Shown here: positions 18,683 through 29,366 of the stretch, piece by piece
Layout: the number at the start of each line of letters is the position of its first letter
How positions within the stretch are numbered: the stretch's first letter is position 1
DNA from: Gammaproteobacteria bacterium
GTDB taxonomy: Bacteria > Pseudomonadota > Gammaproteobacteria > HK1
Length of the DNA: 64,000 nucleotides
Direction of reading: 5' to 3'
NCBI GenBank assembly: GCA_965202875.1
Contig: OZ241870.1
Span: 3,693,069-3,757,068 of the forward strand
Position numbers and translations under genes: made by a program
Notes under the pieces: model-generated
The model's input: only the letters and a program-made list of their open reading frames with translations
Told to the model about the DNA's origin: nothing
The model's database searches: none

Positions 18683-19759
18683 ATGGAGGGCAGCGGCACG
18701 GAGCCGTTCCTCGTACTGGACGGCCTCACCAAGCGCTTCGGCGATTTCGTCGCCGTCCGCGACGTGGCGCTCGAGATCCGGGAGGGCGAGTTCTTCACCC
18801 TCGTCGGGCCTTCCGGCTCCGGGAAGACCACCATGATTCGCCTGCTGGTGGGCATGGACCCGCCCACCGGCGGCGAGATCCGGCTCAAAGGGGAGCTGCT
18901 CAACCACGTTCCGGCGAACCGGCGCCCGACCTGCATGGTGTTCCAGAACCTGGCCTTGTTTCCGCACAAGAGCGTCGGCGAGAACATCGAGTTTCCCCTG
19001 AAGATCGCCGGGGTCGAGCGGGCGGCGCGAAGGGCGAGGGCGCTGGCGCTGCTCGAACAGTTGCACCTCCCCGCCGGCTGGTACGGCAAGGGCGTGAACC
19101 AGTGCTCGGGCGGCGAGCGCCAGCGGATCGCGCTCGCCCGCGCGCTGGCGTTCGATCCACAGATCCTGTTCTTCGACGAGCCGCTCTCGGCGCTCGATTT
19201 CCGGCTGCGCAAGACCCTGGAGAAGGAGCTCAAGGACATCCACCGGGAGACGGGCAAGACCTTCGTCTACATCACGCATTCGCTTGAGGAAGCCATGGTG
19301 ATGTCGGACCGGATCGGCATCATGAAGGACGGGGGGCTGGTCCAGATCGGAACCCCGGACGCGATCTACAACCGGCCGGTCGACAGGTTCGTCGCGGAGT
19401 TCATGGGAGAGGTGAACACGTTGGAGGTGGAGGCGGCGGGGGCCGGCCGGGTGCGGGTCTGCGGCGGCGGGGCCGAATTCGCGGTCCGGGACGTGCCTCC
19501 GGAGTTCACCGGCGGATTCCTCATCATCCGCCCGGAGGTCATGAAGCTTGGCCTGGACTCCCTGGACGTGGCGAACACGCTCACCGGCCGGCTCTTCAAC
19601 GACTATGCCCTCGGATCGAGGATCCAGTACCAGATCCGCACCGCCGACGGCGCACACTGGCTCGTGGAGCGGCTCCAGGACGAGTCCTTCGAGGGCGGCC
19701 TCGGGACCGACGTCACGTTGGGCTGGCGGCCCGAAGACTCCATCCTGGTGGGCCGCTGA
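18683..19759 (+). CDS. polyamine-type ABC transporter ATP-binding protein (PotA/PotG-like)
   Basis: Walker A 'GPSGSGKTT', signature 'CSGGERQRIALARAL', Walker B 'LFFDEP', plus C-terminal TOBE-like domain. The listed 920-aa ORF is an upstream GC-artefact extension. Confidence 0.85.
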   Translation: MEGSGTEPFLVLDGLTKRFGDFVAVRDVALEIREGEFFTLVGPSGSGKTTMIRLLVGMDPPTGGEIRLKGELLNHVPANRRPTCMVFQNLALFPHKSVGENIEFPLKIAGVERAARRARALALLEQLHLPAGWYGKGVNQCSGGERQRIALARALAFDPQILFFDEPLSALDFRLRKTLEKELKDIHRETGKTFVYITHSLEEAMVMSDRIGIMKDGGLVQIGTPDAIYNRPVDRFVAEFMGEVNTLEVEAAGAGRVRVCGGGAEFAVRDVPPEFTGGFLIIRPEVMKLGLDSLDVANTLTGRLFNDYALGSRIQYQIRTADGAHWLVERLQDESFEGGLGTDVTLGWRPEDSILVGR

Positions 19760-20637
19760 TGCCGGCGCAGGGCGGCAAGGCGAGGAGCCGGCTCCGCCGG
19801 CCGGGGCCGGGCATGCTCTGCGCCGCGCCGGTGTCGCTGTTCCTGCTCGCCGGGTTCGCGGGCCCCCTCCTCATCCTGCTCGGCTACAGCTTCATGCCGC
19901 CGCGCACCTTCTCGCTCTTGCAGGCGCCGACGGTCGCCAATTTCGTCTCCGTCGTCACCGACAGCTACTACCTGTCCTTCTTCTGGTCCCTGTTCCTCGC
20001 GGTCGTGACGGTCGTTCTGCTCTTCCTGATCTGCTATCCCGTCGCCTACGGCATGGCGAAGCTGTTCGGCCGGTGGGCGCATCTGGTGACCGCCCTGGTC
20101 GCCCTGCCGCTGCTCATCTCGGAGAACGTCCGGCTGTTCGGCTGGGTGTTGATCCTGCTGAAGAACGGCATCCTCGACGGCACGCTCCAGCATCTTTTCG
20201 GCGTCTCGGCGTCGGGCCTGCTCTACACGGTGCCGGCCATCGTCCTCGGACTGGTCTACGTCTACCTGCCCTTCATGCTGTTCCCGCTGGTCATCGGCAT
20301 CTCGATGGTCCCGGACAGCCTGAAGGAGGCGGCCTTCGACCTCGGCGCCTCGCGGTGGCAGGTGTTCCGGGAGGTGGAGCTGCCCCTGTCGACGCCGGGG
20401 ATCATGATCGGCGGCATCCTGACCTTCGTCCTTTCGCTGGGGTCGCTCGCCGAGTCCAAGATCCTCGGGGGGCAGGCGGTCATCATGATCGCCGACGACA
20501 TCGAGAGCGCGTTCACCTTCGCCCAGGACTGGCCCAAGGGATCGGTGCTGTCGGTGCTCCTGATCGGCCTGTCCGGCCTCATCGTCTTCATGCTGCTGCG
20601 CAGGATCGACCTGGACCGGATCATCGGGAGGCGCTAG
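19759..20637 (+). CDS. polyamine-type ABC transporter permease (PotB/PotH-like)
   Basis: ATG overlaps the previous stop (TGATG). 292-aa, 6-TM permease with an 'EAAFDLGASRWQVFREVELPL' EAA loop. Confidence 0.85.
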   Translation: MPAQGGKARSRLRRPGPGMLCAAPVSLFLLAGFAGPLLILLGYSFMPPRTFSLLQAPTVANFVSVVTDSYYLSFFWSLFLAVVTVVLLFLICYPVAYGMAKLFGRWAHLVTALVALPLLISENVRLFGWVLILLKNGILDGTLQHLFGVSASGLLYTVPAIVLGLVYVYLPFMLFPLVIGISMVPDSLKEAAFDLGASRWQVFREVELPLSTPGIMIGGILTFVLSLGSLAESKILGGQAVIMIADDIESAFTFAQDWPKGSVLSVLLIGLSGLIVFMLLRRIDLDRIIGRR

Positions 20638-20641
20638 GCCG

Positions 20642-21475
20642 ATGGCCACGCACCGGAGGGGAGGGACGGCGCGAATGCTCGTCGCCCTGTGGACGGTGGG
20701 CGTCCTCGCCTTCCTGTACGTTCCGATGGTCGCGGTGGTCCTGGCCTCGTTCTCCAGGCAGAGGTACTTTCGATTTCCGATCGCCGGCTGGTCGACCCAG
20801 TGGTACGAGAAGGCGGGCGAGTCGCTTTCGGTGCGCGATCTCGTGTGGACCTCGCTCACCGTCGCGGTGCTGGTGACGATCTTGTCGGTGGTGCTCGCGT
20901 TCTTCGGGGCGCTCGCCTTCGCCCGCTACGACTGGAAAGGCCGCAAGCTCTACCAGCGCCTCGTGCTGCTGCCGATCTTCTTTCCCCAGGCGGTGCTCGG
21001 GCTCGCCCTGCTGCTGTGGTTCTCGGTCCTCGGGGTCACGACGAGCTGGCACACCGCGGTCTTCGCCCACATGGTGTGGATCGTGCCGATCGTCGTGCTC
21101 ATCATGTCGATCCAGGCCTACGGCTTCGACCCGGCCCTGGAAGAGGCCGCCTTCGATCTGGGGGCGAACCGATGGCAGGTGCTGAAGGAGGTCACCATTC
21201 CCATCCTGGCCCCCGGGATCGTCTCCGGCGCGATCTTCGCCTTCCTGCTGTCGTGGAGCAATTTCCCGCTGTCGCTGTTCTCGACCGGCGCCGATCAGAC
21301 CGTCCCCGAGTGGCTCTATTCCAAGATGGTCTCCGGCTACACTCCGATGGTTCCGACCCTCGGCGCGCTCACCATGGCCGGAGCGGTGCTGCTGCTCCTG
21401 CTCGCCTGCCCGGTCTGGCTGATCGGCCGGGCGCGGAGACGGTCCGGATCGCGGCCACCGCCACCGTCGCGATGA
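20642..21475 (+). CDS. polyamine-type ABC transporter permease (PotC/PotI-like)
   Basis: 277-aa permease with an 'EEAAFDLGANRWQVLKEVTIPIL' EAA loop. Immediately follows the PotB-like gene. Confidence 0.85.
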   Translation: MATHRRGGTARMLVALWTVGVLAFLYVPMVAVVLASFSRQRYFRFPIAGWSTQWYEKAGESLSVRDLVWTSLTVAVLVTILSVVLAFFGALAFARYDWKGRKLYQRLVLLPIFFPQAVLGLALLLWFSVLGVTTSWHTAVFAHMVWIVPIVVLIMSIQAYGFDPALEEAAFDLGANRWQVLKEVTIPILAPGIVSGAIFAFLLSWSNFPLSLFSTGADQTVPEWLYSKMVSGYTPMVPTLGALTMAGAVLLLLLACPVWLIGRARRRSGSRPPPPSR

Positions 21476-21551
21476 CCGGGGCCGCCATCTTCGCCATGGC
21501 CGCCAATCCCCATGTCCCCCGTCGTCACTTCAACCAGGGAGGAGGCTCAGG

Positions 21552-22316
21552 ATGCTGACATCCATCGCAGGACGCTCCGTGATCGTCACCGGAGCAAGCA
21601 AGGGCATCGGCAAGGGCATCGCCCGCGTCTTTGCCGGGCAGGGCGCGAAAGTGCTGATCGTGGCCCGCACCCTGGCGGACGCGGACGCCGCGGCAGCGGA
21701 GATCGGCAACGGCGCCAGCGCGTTTTCCGCCGACGTGGGCGACTGGGAGCAATGCCGGGCGATGGCGGAGGCAGCGGCCTCGCGCCACGGCGGTATCGAC
21801 GTCCTCTGCGCGAACGCCGGCGTCTATCCCCAGACCAGCATCGAGGACATGGACCCCTCCGAGTGGGATCTCGTGATGGGCACCAACCTCCGGGGCAACT
21901 TCCTGAGCGTCAAGGCGTGCCTGCCGGAGCTGAAGAAGTCGGATCAGGGCCGCGTCGTCCTGACCTCGTCGATCACCGGCCCGGTGACCGGCTTCCCCGG
22001 CTGGTCCCACTACGGCGCGTCGAAGTCCGGCCAGCTCGGGTTCATGAGGACCGCCTGCATCGAGCTCGCGAAGCATGGCGTCACCATGAACGCGGTCCTG
22101 CCCGGAAACATCGTCACCGAAGGGCTGGAGGGCCTGGGGGAGGACTATCTCGAGACCATGGCCGCCTCCATCCCCCTCAAGAAGCTGGGCGTCGTCGAGG
22201 ACGTCGGACACGCCGCCCTGTTCCTGGCCTCGAGGGAGGCCAACTACATCACGGGCCAGACGATCGTCGTGGACGGCGGACAGATCCTGCCCGAGTCGCT
22301 GGAGGCGCTGGAATGA
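21552..22316 (+). CDS. SDR family oxidoreductase (FabG-like)
   Basis: AGGAGGAGG RBS. 'VIVTGASKGIGKGIA' Rossmann motif, 'NAGV', catalytic 'YGASKSG'. Confidence 0.85.
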   Translation: MLTSIAGRSVIVTGASKGIGKGIARVFAGQGAKVLIVARTLADADAAAAEIGNGASAFSADVGDWEQCRAMAEAAASRHGGIDVLCANAGVYPQTSIEDMDPSEWDLVMGTNLRGNFLSVKACLPELKKSDQGRVVLTSSITGPVTGFPGWSHYGASKSGQLGFMRTACIELAKHGVTMNAVLPGNIVTEGLEGLGEDYLETMAASIPLKKLGVVEDVGHAALFLASREANYITGQTIVVDGGQILPESLEALE

Positions 22317-22445
22317 GACGACCGCAGGAAGGGCGTCCTGTCGGGACCGTTGCGGGCGGCGGCGGACAGGGTCTTGCCCACGCCGGTCTCGACCGCCCGC
22401 CGGCGCCGGGTTCTGCGACGGTGTCGTGGATCGCGGGCCAATGCC

Positions 22446-24152
22446 TCATCGCGTGCTTCCACGCTCCGGGCGCAGCCACATCGCAGTGCCGTCCCGGGCG
22501 ATTTCGCCGGGCAGCCCGATCTCCCAGTCGAGGTAATCGCGCATCGCCTTCTCCATGCCTCCCTCCGCCTCGTGGACGGGAACCAGGACGTCGTCCGGGT
22601 CGTCGAGGAAGCACGGCTCGGCGGCGGTGAGCGGGTACCCGGCCGCGACCCAACCCGCGTTGCCGCCTTCGAGCAGCCGCAAGGACGCATCGACGGAGGC
22701 CGCGGCATCCGCGGCGGCAAAACGTGCGAGTGCCTCGTCGTCGGAGGTGAGAACCAGCATCCGTCGTCCGGAGGGGCGGCCGGAGAGCGACCGTTCGAGC
22801 CTTGCCCGGACCGCATGGCAGGCGCCGGGAATGTGGCCGGCACGGTAGGCACGGCTCAGGGAGATGTCCACGACCTCCGCCCCGCCACGGTGGAGCGCCG
22901 CCGCGAGGGCATCGGGGGTGACGAGGGGGACCGCTGCGCCGCCTTCGATACGATCCGCCGCCGCGACCACGCCGGGGGCGGCGCCCTCCCCGCGCACCTT
23001 GCCCGAACCGGGCAACGGCGGCACCGGCATTCCCGTGTCGAGCGCGTGGCCCTCGAGGCCCCCTTCGAGCACCACTGCATCGCACCAGCCCATCTGCACG
23101 AGCCAGGAAGCGGTCATCGTCGCCCGCGCTCCGTCGTCGTCGGTGAGGACGATGCGCGAACGCAAGGTCCCGATGTGGCGGTCCGTCGCCTGGACGAGCT
23201 GTCCGCCGGCGACCCAGCGCGCATCGGGCAGATGGCCGGCTTCGTACTCCTCGCGGGTGCGGACGTCGAATACGAACAGCGAGCGGGAGCCGGACTCCGC
23301 ACGCCACCGGTCGAACGTGGTGCGGTCGATCGACCGCACCGTGAACCGTCGTGCAACCCGCGCCGCCGCGGCCCCGGCCTTTGCGAGCCCCTCGGCTGAA
23401 GGCTTCGCAGCGTGCTCCGTCGCGCCTTTTGCCAGATCGAACCCCGCGAGATGCCACGCCATGGTGCCGTTGCGCAACACCGCCACCCGGTTGGGCACAC
23501 CGGCGTTGATGAGCGACTGCGCGCCGATGATGCTCCGGGTGCGGCCCGCGCAGTTCACGACGACCATCGTTTCCGGCGAAGGCGCGGTGTCGTGCACGCG
23601 GTACGCGAGTTCGGCGCCGGGGCAGCAACGTCCGCCGGGGATGCTGAAGTTGGTGAACTCGGGAGTCGGACGGCTGTCGAGGATGACCAGATCCTCGCCC
23701 GCGGCGAGCATCGTCCGAAGCTCTTCGGCCGACACCGAGGGCGTGCCGAAGTCGTGCTCGACCACCTCGCCGAACGCCTTGCTCGGGACGTTGACGCCGC
23801 TGAAGAGGGAATAGCCGGTCGCGGCCCAGGCGCCGATGCCGCCTTCCAGCACCGAGACGCCGGTATAGCCGAGCTGCCCGAGACGCGCGGCGGCCCGCGC
23901 CGCTTCCCCCGCCTTCGCGTCGCATACCACGACCCGCACGCTACGACGGGGAGCGAGGAGCGGCGCCAGCCTTTCAAGCCTCGAAAGGGGGCAGCAGCTC
24001 GCGTAGAGGACGTGGGATTCGGCGAACCGCCGCTCCTCGCGCGCGTCGAGCAGCGCAAGCTCCCGATCGTCGAAGATCATCCGCCTCAGCTCGTGTGCGG
24101 TCACCGTCTGCATCGATCTGCCCTCGATCCCGGACAGCAGCCGCATCGCCAC
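22446..24152 (-). CDS. multi-domain rhodanese-like sulfurtransferase (approx. four rhodanese modules)
   Basis: 568 aa with repeated rhodanese features; catalytic-Cys loops 'VCDAKAGE', 'VVNCAGRTRS' and 'CDAVVLEGGLEG'; 'LLDAREERRFAESHV'-type domain openings. Alternative start at MQTVT (24113). Confidence 0.75.
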   Translation of the reverse strand: MAMRLLSGIEGRSMQTVTAHELRRMIFDDRELALLDAREERRFAESHVLYASCCPLSRLERLAPLLAPRRSVRVVVCDAKAGEAARAAARLGQLGYTGVSVLEGGIGAWAATGYSLFSGVNVPSKAFGEVVEHDFGTPSVSAEELRTMLAAGEDLVILDSRPTPEFTNFSIPGGRCCPGAELAYRVHDTAPSPETMVVVNCAGRTRSIIGAQSLINAGVPNRVAVLRNGTMAWHLAGFDLAKGATEHAAKPSAEGLAKAGAAAARVARRFTVRSIDRTTFDRWRAESGSRSLFVFDVRTREEYEAGHLPDARWVAGGQLVQATDRHIGTLRSRIVLTDDDGARATMTASWLVQMGWCDAVVLEGGLEGHALDTGMPVPPLPGSGKVRGEGAAPGVVAAADRIEGGAAVPLVTPDALAAALHRGGAEVVDISLSRAYRAGHIPGACHAVRARLERSLSGRPSGRRMLVLTSDDEALARFAAADAAASVDASLRLLEGGNAGWVAAGYPLTAAEPCFLDDPDDVLVPVHEAEGGMEKAMRDYLDWEIGLPGEIARDGTAMWLRPERGSTR

Positions 24153-24278
24153 CTCGACGTTGTCGAACCAGCGACCGGGGTGATGGCCGAGCTCGCGGGC
24201 GAAGCGCCGCGCATCGCTTGCATGCCCGAACCCGGCGTTGTACGCGGCCAGCGCGTGACCTGCCGCCCGGCGGAAGCT

Positions 24279-25811
24279 TCAGGCGTCGTCGGCGCTGCGC
24301 CTGAAGTTGAACACCGCGCCTTCGCGGATGCCGGAAGGCCAGCGCGAGGTCACCGTCTTCATGCGGGTGAAGAAGCGCACGCCCTCCGGGCCGTGCATGT
24401 GGTGGTCGCCGAACAGCGAGCGTTTCCAGCCGCCGAAGCTGTAGTAGGCGGTCGGCACCGGGATCGGCACGTTGACCCCGACCATGCCGATCTGCACGCG
24501 GTGGGCGAAGTCGCGCGCGGCGTCGCCGTCGCGGGTGAAGATCGCAGCGCCGTTCCCGAGCTCGTGCTCGTTGACGAGCCTGAGCGCCTCCTCGTAGTCG
24601 TCCGCCCGCACCACGCTCAGGACCGGCCCGAAAATCTCCTCTTTGTAGATGCGCATGTCCGGCGTCACGCGATCGAAGATGCAGCCGCCGATGAAGAAGC
24701 CGTCCTCACGGCCTTCGACGGCGGCGCCGCGGCCGTCCACGACCAAGGCCGCCCCTTCCCCGACGCCGGTGTCGACGTAGCCCCGGACCTTGTCGCGGTG
24801 CTCGCGGGTGACCAGCGGCCCCATCTCCACCCCGCCGGTGTCGAAGGCGCCGATCTTCAGCGCCTCGACCCTCGGCTTCAGCCGCCCGATCAGATCGTCG
24901 GCGGTCTCGTCACCGACCGCCACCGCGACCGCTACCGCCATGCACCGCTCCCCGGCCGAGCCGTAAGCCGAGCCCACGAGGGCGTCGGTCACCTGGTCCA
25001 TGTCGGCGTCCGGCATGACCACCAGATGGTTCTTCGCCCCGCCGAGCGCCTGCACCCGTTTACCCGCGGCGGTCCCGGTGCGGTGGACGTACTCCGCGAC
25101 CGGCGTCGAGCCCACGAAGCTCACCGCCGCGACGGCCTCGTGGGCGAGCAGCGCGTCGACCGCTTCCTTGTCGCCGTTGACGACGTTCAGCACGCCGGGC
25201 GGCGCCCCGGCCTCGATCGCCAGCTCGGCGAGCCGCAGGCCGCAGGACGGGTCCTTTTCCGAGGGTTTCAGCACGAAGGTGTTGCCGCAGGCCAGCGCCA
25301 CCGGATACATCCACATCGGGACCATGGCCGGGAAGTTGAAGGGCGTGATGCCGGCGCATACGCCCAGCGGCTGGCGGACGTTGAAGCTGTCCACGTTGCC
25401 GGCGACGTTCTCGTTCATCTCGCCCTTGAGGAGCTGGGGGATCCCACAGGCGAACTCGACGATCTCGATGCCGCGGGTGACCGAGCCGCGGGCGTCGTCG
25501 AGGGTCTTGCCGTGCTCGGAGGAGCAGGTGCGGGCGAGATCCTCGCGATGTGCTTCGAGGACGTCCCGGTAGCGGAACAGGATGCGCGCGCGTTGCGAGG
25601 GCGGGGTCGCCGCCCACGCGGGGAACGCCGCCTTCGCCGCCCGGACCGCCTTGCCGACCTCGTCCGCGGTCGCGAACGGCACCCGCGCCTGCACCCGCCC
25701 GGTCGCCGGGTCGTAGACGTCCCCGAAGCGGTTGCTCTCACCGGGAACGCGCCGGCCGTTGATGAAGTGATGGAGGGTGGGTGTGTTCATGTCGCTGCCG
25801 GCCGTGGCCAT
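24279..25811 (-). CDS. mmsA: methylmalonate-semialdehyde dehydrogenase (CoA-acylating)
   Basis: 510 aa; 'FINGRRV' aldehyde-DH N-terminus, catalytic Cys region 'SAGERCMAV', and C-terminus '[32 protein letters not shown]' specific to MmsA. GGAGAAG SD upstream of ATG 25811; alternative start at 25790. Confidence 0.85.
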   Translation of the reverse strand: MATAGSDMNTPTLHHFINGRRVPGESNRFGDVYDPATGRVQARVPFATADEVGKAVRAAKAAFPAWAATPPSQRARILFRYRDVLEAHREDLARTCSSEHGKTLDDARGSVTRGIEIVEFACGIPQLLKGEMNENVAGNVDSFNVRQPLGVCAGITPFNFPAMVPMWMYPVALACGNTFVLKPSEKDPSCGLRLAELAIEAGAPPGVLNVVNGDKEAVDALLAHEAVAAVSFVGSTPVAEYVHRTGTAAGKRVQALGGAKNHLVVMPDADMDQVTDALVGSAYGSAGERCMAVAVAVAVGDETADDLIGRLKPRVEALKIGAFDTGGVEMGPLVTREHRDKVRGYVDTGVGEGAALVVDGRGAAVEGREDGFFIGGCIFDRVTPDMRIYKEEIFGPVLSVVRADDYEEALRLVNEHELGNGAAIFTRDGDAARDFAHRVQIGMVGVNVPIPVPTAYYSFGGWKRSLFGDHHMHGPEGVRFFTRMKTVTSRWPSGIREGAVFNFRRSADDA

Positions 25812-25885
25812 GGGTCTTCTCCAGGGGGGTCTTCTCCAGGGGGGTCTTCTCCAGGGGGGTCTTCTCCAGGGGGGCTTCTTCAGGG
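25812..25885. repeat. 15-bp direct tandem repeat GGGGTCTTCTCCAGG (minus-strand reading CCTGGAGAAGACCCC), ~4.5 copies, abutting the mmsA start codon
   Basis: Seen directly at 25812-25885; the last unit supplies the mmsA Shine-Dalgarno sequence (GGAGAAG), so each unit carries an SD-like motif. Confidence 0.85.
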
Positions 25886-25947
25886 AGAACCCCCGCGGAC
25901 GCGGGGGTTCGGGTGTGACCGGGGTGAAGGAGTCCGCGCATCGGTGC

Positions 25948-27621
25948 TCACGCCTCGATCGCGAGCTCCTCGGGGAAGATGTAGCCCGTGGGATGGATCT
26001 TGTAGCCCAGCACGCGCTTGTCGAACGCGGCGAACTGGCCGCGCCACAGCGGCTGGGTGATCGGGCCGCGCTCCTGCATGATGGTCTCGAGGCGGCCGAT
26101 GATCTCGGTGCGTTCGGCGAGGTCGAGGGTGCCTTCCGCCTTGGTCAGCAGGGAGTCGAACTCGGCGTCGCTGAAGCGCGACTCGTTCCACGGCACCCCG
26201 GAACGGTAGGCCAGGGCCAGCACCATGAAGCCGAGCGGGCGATGCGCCCAGGAGGTGAACCCGAAGGGCACCTTGTCCCACACGTCCCAGAACTGGGCCG
26301 ACGGCATCAGGTTGATGTTCACGCGGATGCCGGCCTCCTTCCACTGCTCCACCATCGCCTGCACCGCCTGCAGCTCCCAGGCCGGCTCCTTCTTCGAGGC
26401 GATCTCCATCTCGATGCCGTCCGGCCAGCCGGCTTCGGCCAGCAGCTTCTTCGCGGCCTCGACGTCGCGGTTCATGAAGGGCAGCTTCTTGTAGTCGGGA
26501 TGCACCGGGCATACGTGGTGGTGCTCGCCCGGCGAGCCGATGTTGCGGTAGGCAAGCTCCAGGCAGCGCGGGGTGTCGACCGCGAGACGCATGGCCCGCG
26601 CGATCCGGGGATCCTTGAACTCCTCGCGGTCCATCTGCACCCGCGCCACCCCGGTCCCCGCGGTGATCACCTCGTAGAGCGTGGTGTGCGGGAGGCTCTT
26701 GAGGACGTCGAGGGTGTTCACGTCGGTATCGCCGCTGTACTGGCCGTGCACCTGCTGCGAGGCCAGCGCGCCGACGGTCGCGGACGGGTCGTCGCCGAGG
26801 TCGACGTAGATCACCTCGTCGAGGAAGGTCTCGCCGCCCCACCAGCCCTCGCGCTTCCTGAGCACCGCGGTCTCGCCGACGCTCTGCTCGACCAGCGGAT
26901 AGGGGCCGGTGCCGTTCGAGCCGGGGCCGAACTTGCCGCCTTCCTCCGGGTCGAGCATGGCGAAGGGGTAGTGGAACAGGTGCTCCGGCACCGCGACCTG
27001 CGCCTCCTTGAGGTTCAGGCGCACGGTGTGGTCGTCCACCTTCTCGATGGCGTTGGCGTCCCAGAGCCGGGTGCTCTTCTTCGGGTTGCCCTTGTCGTCC
27101 TTCTCGCCGGTCTCGTACTCCTCGAGCATGTAGCCCTTCATCAGGCCGAGTACGGAAGATCCGGTGCCCGGGTCCAGGCAGTGCTCGATGTTCCAGATGA
27201 CGTCATCGGCGATGAAGTCGCGTCCGTTGTGCCACTTGACCTTCTCGAGGTGCAGGTTCCAGGTCTTGAGGTCGTCGCTCGCCGTCCACTTGTTGCAGAG
27301 GTAGGGCCGGGTGACGTTGTCGGAGCCGGTCCTGGTCAGGTACTCGTGGGTGCCGCGTCCCTGGTTCGAGTCGTGCAGCCAGGAGTAGGTATGCGGGCTG
27401 TCCACCTTGTACACGCGCATCGAGATGCGCAGCGAGCCGCCCTTGGGCATGTCCGCCGCCCTGGCGGATTTCGGTGCGACCATGCCCATCATGCCGTAGG
27501 CGGCGGTGGCGGAGACGCCGAGCAGCGTCGAGTAGCGGATGAACTCGCGGCGGCCCATCCTGCCCTCGTTGAACTGCCGCTTCAGTTGCTTCAGTCCGGG
27601 ATGCTCTCGTTTTCTCGTCAT
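25948..27621 (-). CDS. ABC transporter substrate-binding protein, family 5 (DppA/OppA/NikA-like), Tat-like signal
   Basis: ATG 27621 preceded by AAGGAG. '[43 protein letters not shown]' signal. The 557-aa protein is typical of family-5 SBPs. Upstream part of the listed 712-aa ORF is an artefact. Confidence 0.8.
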   Translation of the reverse strand: MTRKREHPGLKQLKRQFNEGRMGRREFIRYSTLLGVSATAAYGMMGMVAPKSARAADMPKGGSLRISMRVYKVDSPHTYSWLHDSNQGRGTHEYLTRTGSDNVTRPYLCNKWTASDDLKTWNLHLEKVKWHNGRDFIADDVIWNIEHCLDPGTGSSVLGLMKGYMLEEYETGEKDDKGNPKKSTRLWDANAIEKVDDHTVRLNLKEAQVAVPEHLFHYPFAMLDPEEGGKFGPGSNGTGPYPLVEQSVGETAVLRKREGWWGGETFLDEVIYVDLGDDPSATVGALASQQVHGQYSGDTDVNTLDVLKSLPHTTLYEVITAGTGVARVQMDREEFKDPRIARAMRLAVDTPRCLELAYRNIGSPGEHHHVCPVHPDYKKLPFMNRDVEAAKKLLAEAGWPDGIEMEIASKKEPAWELQAVQAMVEQWKEAGIRVNINLMPSAQFWDVWDKVPFGFTSWAHRPLGFMVLALAYRSGVPWNESRFSDAEFDSLLTKAEGTLDLAERTEIIGRLETIMQERGPITQPLWRGQFAAFDKRVLGYKIHPTGYIFPEELAIEA

Positions 27622-28149
27622 TGAAGTGTCTCCTTCGTCATGCCCGTCGTCAGCGCCGCTTGTCGGCGTTGGTCGAAGGCCGATGGCCGGTGTTGCGGGC
27701 ATCGCCGTCAAGCGGCCCGGGGAGGCGTCCGCAGGCAGGAGGCCGGCACCGGACGCCGAATACCGCATCAAGAGGAAGGGTAGTCGAGTCCGATCCGTAT
27801 GAGAAGACTGACGTGATTCCGGGTCGGCCCCCTGCCGCCGGCCGCGGCTGGCCGCCGTGGCTGCAGCGGTTCCCGCCGGCGCTCCGGTGCTTGACGCGAC
27901 AGCGCGATACCGGGGCGGTTCCGGGGGATGGAGCGCCTGATCATCATCGCGTCGGATCTTTTCGAACGTCGCCATGCCTGGCGGGATTGCTGCCAAGGCG
28001 CAGGCGGCTTCCGGAGGAACTTCTCCGGCATCCTGCGCTGTCGTTCCCCCGCCTGCCGGCGGCGGCGTCGACCCCGTTCGGGACAAAGCGGGCCGTCCAC
28101 CCGCTGCCGATGCACGTGGCGCGCTTGATGCAGATCATCACGACGCGCC

Positions 28150-29238
28150 TCAATCCAGCAGCAGTACGGCCGCTTCCGCCGGCCAGCAGATCGTCTCGCG
28201 GTCCCCCATCTCGTAGGAGCGGTCCGAGGCGCTGCGGTGCTGCTCGACGTGGACGAGTACGCCTTCACCGACCTCGAAGACGTCCGTTTCGAGCGAGCCC
28301 AGGAACTCGGTCGCGACGTAGCTCCCCTCGACCCGGTTGGCCATGCCGGCGTGGATGCCGGTGTGCACCAGATCCGCGCGTACCGAGAAATGGGCGTGCC
28401 GCCCGATCTCGACGGCCCGGTCGTCGTCGTGGTGGGCGCGCACGTAGAACAGGCGCCCGGCGGACTCCACGAAGACGACGGAGCCGCTGCGCGACCGGAT
28501 GACGCCTTCGAAGACGTTGTTGTTGCCGATGAAGTCGGCGACGAAGCGGGTGCGCGGCGCTTCGTAGATCTCGCGCGACGTGCCGGTCTGCTGGATGACC
28601 GCGTCGCTCATCACGATCACCTTGTCGGCCATCGACATGGCCTCCTGCTGGGAGTGCGTGACCATGACGAAGGTGATGCCGAGCTCGCGCTGGATCTTCT
28701 TCAGCTCGACCATCATCTGCTGGCGCAGGCTGTAGTCGAGGGCGCCGAGGGGCTCGTCGAGCAGCAGCACCGTGGGCTTGCTGATCAGGGCGCGGGCGAG
28801 CGCAACGCGCTGCTGCTGGCCGCCGCTCAAGTCCCGCGGGTAGCGCTCGGCGAGCTCGTCGAGGCTGACCATCCGCAGCATCTCGCGCACCTGCCGGTCG
28901 CGCTCGCCGCGCTCGATCCCCTTGACCTTGAGGCTGAACTCGACGTTCTGGTGGACGGTGCGGTGGGGAAAGAGCGCGAAGCTCTGGAACATCATCGAGG
29001 TGTCGCGCTGCGACGGCGCCAGATCGGTGACGTCCTGGCCCGCGATGTAGATCTTGCCCTCGGTGACCTCTTCGAGGCCGCCGATCATCCGTAGCGTGGT
29101 GGTCTTGCCGCAGCCGCTCGGGCCGAGCATGGCGACGAACTCCCCGTGCTCGATCTCCGCGTTGAAGTCGATGACCGCGCGCACGCCGCCGTCGAAGGTC
29201 TTGTTGACGTCGACCAGGACGACGTCGGGATCAGGCAC
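28150..29238 (-). CDS. ABC transporter ATP-binding protein (PotA-like, with C-terminal TOBE domain)
   Basis: Walker A 'GPSGCGKTT', signature 'LSGGQQQRVALARAL', Walker B 'LLLDEP'. No cognate permease genes are adjacent. Confidence 0.85.
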   Translation of the reverse strand: MPDPDVVLVDVNKTFDGGVRAVIDFNAEIEHGEFVAMLGPSGCGKTTTLRMIGGLEEVTEGKIYIAGQDVTDLAPSQRDTSMMFQSFALFPHRTVHQNVEFSLKVKGIERGERDRQVREMLRMVSLDELAERYPRDLSGGQQQRVALARALISKPTVLLLDEPLGALDYSLRQQMMVELKKIQRELGITFVMVTHSQQEAMSMADKVIVMSDAVIQQTGTSREIYEAPRTRFVADFIGNNNVFEGVIRSRSGSVVFVESAGRLFYVRAHHDDDRAVEIGRHAHFSVRADLVHTGIHAGMANRVEGSYVATEFLGSLETDVFEVGEGVLVHVEQHRSASDRSYEMGDRETICWPAEAAVLLLD

Positions 29239-29366
29239 CGTCCGGCGTCCTCAGCCGCGGGCCGCCGGACGACATGGATCGGACTTCTGCCATGCACCCA
29301 TCGCTATGCCGCCTCTGTCGTATTTCTCGATCAACCGGTAGACCTTTGCGAGTTCCTTCGCGTGGT

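Noticed and set aside
22244-23925. 558-aa and 202-aa minus-strand ORFs overlapping the multi-rhodanese gene
   Set aside because: Alternative frames of the same GC-rich gene with poly-Arg/Gly composition; the 22446..24152 frame contains repeated rhodanese active-site loops.
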